A stretch of DNA of 64,000 nucleotides from an uncultured Eubacteriales bacterium (lineage in GTDB: Bacteria; Bacillota; Clostridia; HGM11514). Below, piece by piece: positions 48,336 to 57,413 of the stretch. Position 1 is the stretch's first letter. Each line of letters opens with the position of its first letter. Below the pieces are notes generated by a model. That model was not told the origin of the DNA, did no database searches, and saw only the letters and a list, made by a program, of their open reading frames with translations. The stretch lies in the NCBI GenBank assembly GCA_902492655.1, contig CABUMF010000007.1:1191-65190 (forward strand), written 5' to 3'. The position numbers and the translations under genes are program-made.

Positions 48336-48600
48336 AAATGATATGTGGGCGCAATCATAGTTGCGGCATATTCCTACATGGCTCTTGTGCCGGTTGTTCA
48401 GCCGCCGGTTATAAAGCTTCTGACGACCGAATCGGAGCGAAAAATCAGAATGGAATACAAACAGAAATCCGTTTCCAAGCTGACGAAAATACTCTTCCCG
48501 ATTATAATTACGGTAATCACCGGTATTGTTTCTCCCAAAAGCGTTGCCTCGTCGGATTTTTGATGTTCGGAAATCTTTTTGAATCAAAGCTTAACAATTT
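48336..48600 (+). pseudogene. Fragment of an oadB paralog (corresponds to roughly residues 157-235 of the 55167..56282 product, then frameshifted)
   Basis: Track ORF 48345..48563 MGAIIVAAYSYMALVPVVQPPVIKLLTTESERKIRMEYKQKSVSKLTKILFPIIITVITGIVSPKSV aligns to internal part of OadB; about 80% nt identity; homology continues out of frame. Confidence 0.55.
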
Positions 48601-48680
48601 CACCGACAATTTTCGCAATAGTTATATTGTTTGTATCAGTGTTCTCAGCCTGTATTTTGATCTGCAAATTTAAATGATAT

Positions 48681-49085
48681 TTAATATCCATGATCAATAT
48701 GTTGCCACTGTCCTCCGTTTGTTCTGACTAAAATCCAATTCCAATCACTGTACGTGCTATTCGGATTCAAGGACCCATCTCCACCGGATGAATCAACATC
48801 GAATGAAGATAATAAAACAATTACTTCATCTGCACCGTTCCGATCCGCCCAATCTTGATAAGCTTTTGAGCTGTCATCCCCTGCATAATAAATCTCTTTA
48901 AGAGTGCATCCGTTCCAGTCGCTCTTAAACTCTTTTTTAATAGTGTCAATTGCCGCTCTGATGTCCTCTTCGGAATATATTTCAGATTCTACATTATGCG
49001 TTTTTACTTCATTAACATTTCCGCCGCAAGCACTCAAGCTAAATACAAGCAGAATACACAGCATTGCACATTCAAGCTTTTTCAT
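48681..49085 (-). CDS. Lipoprotein of unknown function
   Basis: Lipobox LSACGG after signal peptide; 134 aa. Confidence 0.5.
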   Translation of the reverse strand: MKKLECAMLCILLVFSLSACGGNVNEVKTHNVESEIYSEEDIRAAIDTIKKEFKSDWNGCTLKEIYYAGDDSSKAYQDWADRNGADEVIVLLSSFDVDSSGGDGSLNPNSTYSDWNWILVRTNGGQWQHIDHGY

Positions 49086-49146
49086 AATCCACCCTACCTC
49101 CGCAAATTCTGAAATTTCTATCTTTTATTCCTTTGATAAAATTCTT

Positions 49147-49596
49147 TCAGATCAGCTTTTTTAATATACCGATACATCCCTCGTTTACATCGTTCCATGT
49201 TGCTTCAAAATCCCCTGTATACCAAGGATCGGCTACATCCCCGGGATGATTTGTAAAGTCCATTAAAAGCGAAACCTTGTTATCGGGATCGTTTCCTGCA
49301 AACCGTGTCATATTCCTGAGATTTAAGCGATCCATTGCTATTATATAATCGTAATACGCATAGTCTTCCTTTGTCATTTGGCGTGCTGTTTTGCCTTCGC
49401 AGGAAATTCCATGCTCCTTAAGCTTTCTTTTCGCCGGAGGATATACGGGATTTCCGATTTCCTCCGTACTGGTTGCGGCAGAAGAAATTTCAAATTGATC
49501 TGCCATGCCCTTTTTATTTACCAATTCTTTCATCACAAACTCCGCCATCGGACTTCTGCAAATATTGCCGTGGCAGACAAATAATATTCTAATCAT
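49147..49596 (-). CDS. Low-molecular-weight protein-tyrosine phosphatase
   Basis: CHGNICRSPMAE P-loop near N-terminus; start placed at ATG 49596 (MIRILFVCHGN) with AGGAGA RBS. Confidence 0.75.
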   Translation of the reverse strand: MIRILFVCHGNICRSPMAEFVMKELVNKKGMADQFEISSAATSTEEIGNPVYPPAKRKLKEHGISCEGKTARQMTKEDYAYYDYIIAMDRLNLRNMTRFAGNDPDNKVSLLMDFTNHPGDVADPWYTGDFEATWNDVNEGCIGILKKLI

Positions 49597-49957
49597 ACTC
49601 TCTCCTGTTATTTTAATGTCTTTAATCTTATAGTTTTGATAAATCATCCAACTCAATTTTTGGCATCATAATATTGTCATTTATTATAAACATCAGCATA
49701 TATATCGGATAATATGTTATTTTGCCAACAACCGAAACATTATAATTTGAAAGAACAAAGGCTTCTTTAACAGAATAATTTGAGATATTCAGCACATTGT
49801 TCAATGCAGAATGGCTGTTTTATTTTTTTATGGAGCATTTCACTCACCTACAGTCATTATCATACCAACATTTTGACATTTATGCAATAGATTTTTGAAA
49901 ATAAATGACATTTTTCAAATAGATTTATTTCAAATTAAGTCATTTTTCAAATCCGGT

Positions 49958-49994
49958 ATAAAAACAGAGCAGCTCCGATATGTGGGAGCTGCTC
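49958..49994 (-). terminator. Terminator of ABC transporter operon
   Basis: Hairpin gagcagctcc..ggagctgctc + U-run on minus strand after stop 50023. Confidence 0.5.
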
Positions 49995-50022
49995 CAAAAA
50001 ACATATTAATTATGGGATAAAA

Positions 50023-51078
50023 TTATCCTTCGTAAACGAGGTTATTCTTAACCATTTCGTCAACATTTTCGCTGTTCCACCAAGCACCTGCGATAGCAAC
50101 ATCCGGTGTAACTTCCTTACCCTCAGCCGCGAAAATTGCCTGTTCAACAGCCTGATAGCCGATCTGATAGGAGTCCTGAGCAACTGCGCCGATAAGCTTC
50201 GGACCGGTTGTCTTCTTCATCCATTCGATCTGCTTTGAGCCTGCGTCAAATCCGCAGAACTTAATGTCGTCATACTTTGAGCCTGCAGCGCCGATAGCGT
50301 CATAAACCTGCTTAACAACGCCTTCGTTACTCATAAAGATAGCCTTTGCGCCCTTTTCGTAAAGAGCCTCGAGAGCAGCCTTGTAAGCCTGGTCAGCATC
50401 GCCGGGCTTAACTTCCTTGGCGATTTCGTACTTGCCCTTTGTGGAAGCGTCAGCATCGGCAAGCTCTATGAACTTTTCTTCAAAGCCGCCTGCACGGTCG
50501 ATACCTGTCTGAGTTTCGTCGTGCTGAATGATACCTACAACATATGTGTCGGTAGAAGCTGCGATTTCGTCCTTGATTGCTTCAAAGAAGTTTTCGGCGT
50601 CAAGCCCTGCAGCAAGGCGGTTGCTTGTAGCAACGGAAGAAACGATAGGATTCGTTCCTGCCTTGTCAAGAGCGGCGATGTCGTTAGCCCAGATACCGCT
50701 GTCGAACTGAACAACGGGGATTTTCTCATTGAAAGCCTGAGTGAGGCTGTCAACAAAGCCTTCGCCGATAGTACCCAAAACCATAGCGGCAGGGCTGTTG
50801 TTAAGAGCTGTACTTACCATTTCCATCTGAGAGGGCAAATCCTTGGCGGATTCGCTTGCGGGGCCCTGGAAGGTTACATTGTAGCCGTATTTTTTACCTG
50901 CGTCAACTGCGCCTGCCTTAACCGACTGCCAGAAAGCGTGGGATTCGCCTTTTGCAACAACAGCGATTGTCTTACTGCCGCCGTCACTGCCTTCTTCTCC
51001 GCCGCCGCAGCCTGCAAGACACATGCAAGCGGTAACGATACAAAGAGCCAACAAGAGTACCTTTTTTAAGATTTTCAT
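50023..51078 (-). CDS. Sugar ABC transporter substrate-binding lipoprotein (PBP type I, ribose/galactose family)
   Basis: Lipobox LAGCGGG; periplasmic-binding-protein fold signature by composition. Confidence 0.75.
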   Translation of the reverse strand: MKILKKVLLLALCIVTACMCLAGCGGGEEGSDGGSKTIAVVAKGESHAFWQSVKAGAVDAGKKYGYNVTFQGPASESAKDLPSQMEMVSTALNNSPAAMVLGTIGEGFVDSLTQAFNEKIPVVQFDSGIWANDIAALDKAGTNPIVSSVATSNRLAAGLDAENFFEAIKDEIAASTDTYVVGIIQHDETQTGIDRAGGFEEKFIELADADASTKGKYEIAKEVKPGDADQAYKAALEALYEKGAKAIFMSNEGVVKQVYDAIGAAGSKYDDIKFCGFDAGSKQIEWMKKTTGPKLIGAVAQDSYQIGYQAVEQAIFAAEGKEVTPDVAIAGAWWNSENVDEMVKNNLVYEG

Positions 51079-51133
51079 TTTGGAATTCCTCCTAAATTTT
51101 TTTATTTCAGATTCTGTCAGAATCCGATTAACA

Positions 51134-52366
51134 TTATTTTATTTTTGCCTTTTCGGATATGAATGAATTTTTAAGCTGAAGCTTTTCTGAATTAAGAGCC
51201 TTAATTCTGTGCGCTCTTTCATGAGCCGGAACAGACTTGTCGGAGTATGCAATATCGAGCTTTTCCTCGATTGCGGCTTTGTTTTCCTTATATTCTCTGC
51301 GAAGCTTCTGAGCGGGAGTTTCAATCTTTACACGAGCGGCACGGTTGTTTTTAACGATGTCCATAAGCACAGCGGCAACAACGATGATACCCGTCAAAAC
51401 ATAGGTTACATAGGTTGCGTTGATGTTAACATTGAAGCGAGCGAGCACGAAGTTAAGACCGCTCCTGATAACAACAAGCATCACGCTTCCGATAACCGAG
51501 CCTGCAACGGAAGCAACACCGCCTGCGGCACTTGTACCGCCGATATAAACGCCTGCGATAGCGTCAAGCTCGTAGCCATTACCTGTTGCAGCGGCAACGG
51601 TTGTGAAGGAAGCCGACCAGAAAATAGCCGCAATACCTGCACCGATTCCGCTGAAAACATAGGCAAGCATTTTGTACTTATCCGTATTGATACCCGAAAG
51701 GCGTGTAGCCTCTTCATTTGAGCCGATTGCAAGGATATAGCGACCGGTTTTGTTTTTATACATAAGGTACATACAAATGAGCATAAAACCTACAACCCAT
51801 ATAAGCCCAACCGGGAATTTGTTGTAGTTTGAAAACAGCTTGTTGTACCAGCTTCCTGTGGGATAGAAGATGTTTGGAACCTTAACGATAATTGCGCTGA
51901 GGCCTCTTGAAAGCATCATCGTACCCAAGGTTGCGATGAATGCGGGAACCTTAAGCTTTGCAATGAGCAAGCCGTTTATAAGACCGAAAACACCGCCTAT
52001 TATAATCATAATCGGTATAACCGCCCAGAGGGGGACGATATTTAAGGTATAAAGATGACCTGCAACAACGGCGGAAGCGATACACACCGTACCGATAGAA
52101 AGGTCAATTCCGCCCGTAGCGATAACGAAGGTAACGCCGAGAGCCAAAATAGCGTAAGGAGCAAGGCTCTGCGCCATGCTGACGATGTTGTAAACCTTCA
52201 AGAAATTGGGATTTAAGATGTAGAATACCGCAATAAGAGCGATAAGGGCAAGAAGGATAATCATATTCTGTTTGCCCTTGGTGGTAACCGAATCCCAAAG
52301 CTTTGCGCCCGTCCTGCGCAGACGGCGCGCGGGGGTTAATTTGATATTTTTGTTTTCCATGTTCAT
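51134..52366 (-). CDS. Sugar ABC transporter permease (RbsC-like) with about 70-aa charged C-terminal extension
   Basis: 410 aa, about 10 TM helices, then KR/E-rich tail RVKIETPAQKLRREYKENKAAIEEK... Confidence 0.75.
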   Translation of the reverse strand: MNMENKNIKLTPARRLRRTGAKLWDSVTTKGKQNMIILLALIALIAVFYILNPNFLKVYNIVSMAQSLAPYAILALGVTFVIATGGIDLSIGTVCIASAVVAGHLYTLNIVPLWAVIPIMIIIGGVFGLINGLLIAKLKVPAFIATLGTMMLSRGLSAIIVKVPNIFYPTGSWYNKLFSNYNKFPVGLIWVVGFMLICMYLMYKNKTGRYILAIGSNEEATRLSGINTDKYKMLAYVFSGIGAGIAAIFWSASFTTVAAATGNGYELDAIAGVYIGGTSAAGGVASVAGSVIGSVMLVVIRSGLNFVLARFNVNINATYVTYVLTGIIVVAAVLMDIVKNNRAARVKIETPAQKLRREYKENKAAIEEKLDIAYSDKSVPAHERAHRIKALNSEKLQLKNSFISEKAKIK

Positions 52367-52381
52367 TTCCTCCTGATTTAT

Positions 52382-53896
52382 CTATGCAAGTTCACGCATT
52401 GTAGCGTACTTCATAATTTCTTCCTGAGTAAGCCCTTCGATAGGCAAATCCGCTGTAATTCTGCCCTCGCACATAACGATAACACGGTCGGACAGACGCT
52501 GAATTTCCGCAAGCTCGGAGGAAATCATGATAATCGACTTACCCTCCGAAGCGAGCTTTTCCATAAGCTCGTACATTTCGCTCTTTGCGCCGATGTCGAT
52601 GCCTCGGGTAGGCTCGTCGAATATGAAAATATCGGCATTTTTGAGGAGCCAGCGAGCGACGATAACCTTCTGCTGATTACCGCCCGAAAGATTTTTAACA
52701 GCCTGCTCCATTGAAGGAGTTTTGGTTCTGAGGCGTGCATTGACCTCGGCGGAAACCTTCGAAATTTCCGAATCCGAAATCCAGCCTGCGTGAATAAAAT
52801 CGTCCATGGAAGCGATTACGGTGTTTTCGGCAACGGATTTTATGAGCATAAGCCCGAACTGCTTTCTGTCCTCCGAAAGATAGCATATACCGTTTTTAAC
52901 CGCCGATTCGGGAGTTGTGATTTTAACCTTTTTGCCGCCTATGAAAATTTCTCCGGAATCGAACCTGTCAGCCCCGTAAATTGCACGGGCAAGCTCGGTT
53001 CTGCCTGCGCCCATAAGCCCTGCAAAGCCGAGAATTTCGCCTTTTTTAAGATTAAAGCTTACATTTTTAAGCGTGTTACCGGAGGAAAGATTTTTGACCT
53101 CAAGAGTAACGGGAGCGTCGCAGGGAACAAGGCTTTTTTCCTTTTGTTCGTTGTAGATAACCCTGCCCACCATCATTTTAACGAGCTCGTCCTTAGTGGT
53201 TTCCTTGGTGTTAATGGTGCCCACATACTCACCGTCACGCATTACTGTTATTCTGTCCGAAATCCTACCGATTTCATCCATACGGTGAGAAATATATATC
53301 ATGCCGATGCCCTTTTGCCTTAGATCGTTCATGATTGCAAACAATTCCTCAACCTCGGGCTGAGTCAAAGCGGCGGTAGGCTCATCTAAAATAAGAAGCT
53401 TTGAATCTCTTGAAATAGCCTTTGCGATTTCAACCATCTGCTGTTTTCCTACCGTAAGCGACCCGAGCCTTGCGGTGGGGTCAATCCTTATGCCTATGCG
53501 GTCAAAAAGAGCCTTGGCATCTTCAATCATTTTGCGGTCGTCGATAAACACACCGCCCACCTTCGGTTCCCTACCTATATAGATGTTTTGAGCAACCGTC
53601 AGATGCGCCATCATGTTAAGTTCCTGGTGAATCATGCTGATTCCGGCTTCCTGGGACTCGGCAATCGAGTTGAAATTAACGGACTTACCGAACAGCACCA
53701 CATCCCCGGCATCCCTGTGATGAATGCCGCAAAGAACCTTCATGAGCGTCGATTTTCCCGCGCCGTTTTCGCCCATAAGAGCATGAACCTCTCCGGCACG
53801 GAGATCGAAATTAACGGAACGCAGTGCATGAACACCCGAAAATCGTTTGTCAATTCCGGTCATTCTTAAAATTTCCTCATTCATCAGTTTTTTCAC
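52382..53896 (-). CDS. Sugar ABC transporter ATP-binding protein (duplicated ATPase domains, RbsA/MglA-like)
   Basis: 504 aa with two Walker A (GENGAGKST; second degenerate), signature LSGGNQQK and Walker B motifs. Confidence 0.85.
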   Translation of the reverse strand: MKKLMNEEILRMTGIDKRFSGVHALRSVNFDLRAGEVHALMGENGAGKSTLMKVLCGIHHRDAGDVVLFGKSVNFNSIAESQEAGISMIHQELNMMAHLTVAQNIYIGREPKVGGVFIDDRKMIEDAKALFDRIGIRIDPTARLGSLTVGKQQMVEIAKAISRDSKLLILDEPTAALTQPEVEELFAIMNDLRQKGIGMIYISHRMDEIGRISDRITVMRDGEYVGTINTKETTKDELVKMMVGRVIYNEQKEKSLVPCDAPVTLEVKNLSSGNTLKNVSFNLKKGEILGFAGLMGAGRTELARAIYGADRFDSGEIFIGGKKVKITTPESAVKNGICYLSEDRKQFGLMLIKSVAENTVIASMDDFIHAGWISDSEISKVSAEVNARLRTKTPSMEQAVKNLSGGNQQKVIVARWLLKNADIFIFDEPTRGIDIGAKSEMYELMEKLASEGKSIIMISSELAEIQRLSDRVIVMCEGRITADLPIEGLTQEEIMKYATMRELA

Positions 53897-54090
53897 TTCC
53901 CTTTGCGTTGAGTAATTTAACTAAAATTCTTGTCAAATCGTATACCCTTTATATCTATTTTAGCAAAAGAAACAGATAAATACAATAGATATTATTGCTT
54001 ATTTTACAGAGCAATAAAATCCTAAATTCTATTGACTTAAGGTATTATTTGTGATATTATGGTTATATAATATATAAAAAAGGTGATTGT

Positions 54091-54960
54091 ATGGCAGTTA
54101 CGCACCGCATAAACAATGAAGAACGACAGCATTATTTGCTTGAAAAGCACTATTCGCTAAAGCTCAAGCCGAATCTTATGTATGTGGGTTCACTGGAAAA
54201 AAACGTCGGCTGGAGAGAGGAGCCCCATTCCCACGATTATCTTGAGATGATTTTTATTGTTGACGGAAAAGGCACAATCACATATGGAGAAGCCGAGGAG
54301 CATGATGTATCGAGGGGAGATATTGTAATATACAACGCCGGGGTTAAGCACCATGAAAAATCCTGCGAGGATGACCCCATGGAAGCAAAATTCATAGCCT
54401 TTGACCACCTTAAAATCACCGATTTGCCGCCGAATTGGCTTTTGCCGCCGTCATACAGTCAGATATATCACACAGGCGATATGTACGATATATTCGACAG
54501 GTATTTGAATTTCATTCTCAAGGAGCTTAACAATAAGGAGCGGCTGTATGTGGAAATTTGCCAGAACATGGCAAGAACGCTTATCATGTATCTTTTCCGC
54601 CTTATAAACAAAACGGAGAAATCGGCGTGTCTTTTTGAAAACGGCAAAATGCTGGAGTCGGTTTCCGTCTACATTTCGGAGCATTATTCGGAAAATCTCA
54701 CTCTTGACGAAATTTCAAAGAACTGCCGTATAAGCAAGTATTATTTGTCCCATATTTTTTCAAAATCATACGGAAAAAGCCTTGGAAAATATATTCTCGA
54801 ATACAGGCTTGACAAAGCTCGGGATTTGCTTTCCGCAACGAAGCTTTCGGTAAGCGAAATCGCAAAGAGCGTTGGATATTCCGATGTCAGCTATTTTTGC
54901 AGATTATTCAAAAGGGAGGTCGGATTGACTCCCCTTGCCTTCCGCTCAAAAAACAGTTGA
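54091..54960 (+). CDS. AraC-family regulator with N-terminal cupin domain
   Basis: 289 aa; C-terminal AraC HTH (LTLDEISKNCRISKYYLSHIFSKSYGKSLGKYILEYRLDKARDLL...SVSEIAKSVGYSDVSYFCRLFKREVG). Confidence 0.8.
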   Translation: MAVTHRINNEERQHYLLEKHYSLKLKPNLMYVGSLEKNVGWREEPHSHDYLEMIFIVDGKGTITYGEAEEHDVSRGDIVIYNAGVKHHEKSCEDDPMEAKFIAFDHLKITDLPPNWLLPPSYSQIYHTGDMYDIFDRYLNFILKELNNKERLYVEICQNMARTLIMYLFRLINKTEKSACLFENGKMLESVSVYISEHYSENLTLDEISKNCRISKYYLSHIFSKSYGKSLGKYILEYRLDKARDLLSATKLSVSEIAKSVGYSDVSYFCRLFKREVGLTPLAFRSKNS

Positions 54961-54980
54961 AAAATCAATTGATTCGGTAC

Positions 54981-55009
54981 TTGACAGCACCGGAAAAATG
55001 ATGTATAAT
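54981..55009 (+). promoter_or_regulatory. Consensus promoter TTGACA-17-TATAAT with TG extension
   Basis: ttgacagcaccggaaaaatgatgtataat read directly. Confidence 0.5.
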
Positions 55010-55015
55010 AGCCTT

Positions 55016-55137
55016 GTAAAAGGGAGTAGCAAACGAATAATCGTTTCTGATGCGTCATTACGGCAAATTTTGCCCGCTACAGAATTAAATTGCGAGACTT
55101 TTGCTGTATTTATGCGGCAGAAGTCTCGTTTTTTAAT
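55016..55137 (+). ncRNA. Structured 5' leader (riboswitch-like) ending in intrinsic terminator, upstream of oadB
   Basis: Conserved box GUAAAAGGGAGUAGCA, two hairpins with compensatory substitutions relative to copy at 48237..48332, terminator cgagactt..aagtctcg + U6. Confidence 0.5.
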
Positions 55138-55166
55138 ATAAAAAATCATGAAAGGTGAATTTTTTA

Positions 55167-56282
55167 ATGTCTGAATTGTTTTCAAACGCAGTCAACATAC
55201 AATGGCAGCAGGTTGTAATGTGGCTTATAGGCGGTCTGTTGATTTATCTTGCAATCAAAAAGGATATGGAGCCTACGCTTCTTTTGCCCATGGGGTTCGG
55301 AGCGATTTTGGTTAACCTTCCTCTTTCGGGGGCGGTTACGCAGGGGAGCGAAAAGGGCGTAATTGATGTACTTTTTGATGCAGGCATCGCAAATGAGCTT
55401 TTTCCGCTTCTGCTTTTTATCGGAATAGGCGCGATGATTGACTTCGGCCCGCTTCTTTCAAACCCGAAGCTCATGATTTTCGGTGCTGCGGCGCAGTTCG
55501 GAATATTCTTTACATTGGGAGTTGCGTCCCTTTTGGGCTTTGAGCTTAAGGATGCGGCATCAATCGCAATCATCGGTGCGGCGGACGGTCCCACATCAAT
55601 CTTTGTTGCACAGCACTTTGCATCAAAATATGTCGGTGCAATTATGGTTGCGGCGTACTCGTACATGGCGCTTGTTCCTGTTGTTCAGCCGCCTGTAATC
55701 AGGCTTCTCACAACAAAGTCCGAAAGAAAAATCAAAATGGATTACAAGCAGAAGTCCGTTTCAAAGCTTGCAAAAATCCTTTTTCCGATTATTATTACAA
55801 TCATCACCGGAATTGTATCACCTAAAAGCGTAGCCCTGATCGGCTTTTTGATGTTCGGAAATCTCATAAGGGAATGCGGAGTGCTCGATTCGCTTTCCGA
55901 AACCGCACAGAAGGTTCTGGCAAACCTTGTAACCCTTTTCCTCGGAATAACGATAGCCACAAAAATGCAGGCGGAGCTTTTCCTCACAAAGGAAACCCTT
56001 ATGATTATAGGTCTGGGGCTTGTGGCATTTATATTTGACACCGCAGGCGGCGTTATTTTTGCGAAAGTCCTCAATCTGTTCCTCAAAAAGGGCAAGAAAA
56101 TCAACCCCATGATCGGTGCGGCGGGCATTTCGGCATTTCCTATGTCCGCAAGGGTTGTGCATAAGCTCGGGCTCGAGGAGGATAATCAGAATTTCCTTCT
56201 TATGCACTCAATCGGGGTTAATGTTTCGGGACAGATTGCGTCGGTTATCGCAGGCGGCATGATTCTTAATCTTATCAAATGA
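55167..56282 (+). CDS. oadB: Na+-translocating decarboxylase beta subunit (OadB/GcdB/MmdB family)
   Basis: MSELFSNAVNIQWQQVVMWLIGGLLIYLAIKKDMEPTLLLPMGFGAILVNLP resembles OadB N-terminus; start at ATG 55167 preferred over GTG 55155. Confidence 0.8.
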   Translation: MSELFSNAVNIQWQQVVMWLIGGLLIYLAIKKDMEPTLLLPMGFGAILVNLPLSGAVTQGSEKGVIDVLFDAGIANELFPLLLFIGIGAMIDFGPLLSNPKLMIFGAAAQFGIFFTLGVASLLGFELKDAASIAIIGAADGPTSIFVAQHFASKYVGAIMVAAYSYMALVPVVQPPVIRLLTTKSERKIKMDYKQKSVSKLAKILFPIIITIITGIVSPKSVALIGFLMFGNLIRECGVLDSLSETAQKVLANLVTLFLGITIATKMQAELFLTKETLMIIGLGLVAFIFDTAGGVIFAKVLNLFLKKGKKINPMIGAAGISAFPMSARVVHKLGLEEDNQNFLLMHSIGVNVSGQIASVIAGGMILNLIK

Positions 56283-56292
56283 GGTGATTGTT

Positions 56293-56427
56293 TTGAATAT
56301 ACAGGCATTTTTGGATACAATACCGATTATGCTCAAGGGCATGGCAGGCATATTTGTAGTTACGGTCATGATAATAATTGCAATGTATGTACTTGGCAAA
56401 ATCGGAAAAGATAAAGGAGAGAAGTAA
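56293..56427 (+). CDS. oadG: Small membrane protein, OadG-like gamma subunit (TTG start)
   Basis: 44 aa LNIQAFLDTIPIMLKGMAGIFVVTVMIIIAMYVLGKIGKDKGEK with GAGGTGA RBS 5 nt before TTG; not in ORF track. Confidence 0.5.
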   Translation: MNIQAFLDTIPIMLKGMAGIFVVTVMIIIAMYVLGKIGKDKGEK

Positions 56428-56428
56428 T

Positions 56429-57148
56429 ATGATAAGAGTTTTGGTATGGAACGAATTTCAACACGAAAAGACGCAGGAGGCAGTAAAAAAGATTTACCCT
56501 GACGGTATGCATACTGCCATAAAGGAATTTTTGGAATGTGAGGAGGACATCACCGTCAAAACCGCAACGCTGGATGACGAAAACTGCGGTATAACCGATG
56601 AAATTCTTGCACAAACCGATGTTCTTTTATGGTGGGGGCATTGCTACCACGATAAGGTTCCCGATGAGGTGGCATCAGCGGTTCAGAGGGCGGTTCTTAA
56701 GGGAATGGGCTTTATTCCGCTTCATTCGGCGCATCATTCAAAGCCCTTCAAGCTTCTTATGGGAACAACCTGCAACCTTTCCTGGCGTGAGGACGGGGAT
56801 TTTGAAAGAATTTGGATTTTGGATCACTCCCACCCCATTACAAAGGATTTGGGAAGATACATATATCTTGAGCATGAGGAAACCTATGCCGAGCCTTTTG
56901 GCATTCCCGAGCCCGACAAACTGCTTATGATAGGCAGCTATGAGGGCGGCGAGGTATTCCGTTCGGGGTGCGTGTATCGCCGCGGAAACGGAAGAATATT
57001 CTATTTCCAGCCCGGGCATGAATCCTTCCCCACATATTACAACAAGGATGTTCAGAAGGTAATCGTAAACGCAGTGAGATGGGTAGCGCCCGTAATGAGG
57101 GTTGACGATCTTCCCTGTCCGATGATAAAGAAGATAGAAGGTAAATAG
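56429..57148 (+). CDS. ThuA-like (type 1 glutamine amidotransferase-like) protein
   Basis: 239 aa from ATG 56429 (MIRVLVWNEFQHE...) with AAAGGAGAGAAG RBS; ThuA-like segments FIPLHSAHHS, FYFQPGHE. Confidence 0.65.
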   Translation: MIRVLVWNEFQHEKTQEAVKKIYPDGMHTAIKEFLECEEDITVKTATLDDENCGITDEILAQTDVLLWWGHCYHDKVPDEVASAVQRAVLKGMGFIPLHSAHHSKPFKLLMGTTCNLSWREDGDFERIWILDHSHPITKDLGRYIYLEHEETYAEPFGIPEPDKLLMIGSYEGGEVFRSGCVYRRGNGRIFYFQPGHESFPTYYNKDVQKVIVNAVRWVAPVMRVDDLPCPMIKKIEGK

Positions 57149-57157
57149 GGGCGTAAA

Positions 57158-57290
57158 TCAAAATGCGCACACCGCATAAAGCGCAAAAACCACGAAAAAA
57201 TTGCGGTTAACAGCGGTCAAAAGCACAAACTTTTCAGCATGAAAATCCGTAATACAATGATTTTCTAAAATCAAAACGCTTTATGCTATG
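57158..57290 (+). repeat. A-element copy 1 (about 135 nt) in thuA 3' UTR
   Basis: Tandem with 57414..57551 (about 80% identity). Confidence 0.5.
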
Positions 57291-57399
57291 AACAAACTTC
57301 GCCTCTCGCTGTATCACATACAGCTTCGGGTAACCAAAAGCAAGGTCTTGCCTTGCTTTTGCTCAGTTTGTCCATTCTGCACTATTTTTCTTCACCCCC
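57281..57399 (+). repeat. B-element (about 120 nt) with conserved hairpins; inverted copy at 37369..37497
   Basis: Contains palindrome gctgtatcacatacagc and 11-bp hairpin caaaagcaagg/ccttgcttttg. Confidence 0.5.
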
Positions 57400-57413
57400 A
57401 AGGTGACAAAATT

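Noticed and set aside
49900-49955. Direct repeats CATTTTTCAAAT (x2) in the AT-rich spacer upstream of the ABC operon terminator
   Set aside because: They are short, in very AT-rich DNA and not next to a gene start. They are indistinguishable from chance.
55155-55166. GTG start at 55155 for oadB
   Set aside because: ATG at 55167 (MSELFSN...) has better spacing from the AAAGGTG RBS and aligns with OadB N-termini. The GTG would overlap the terminator U-tract.
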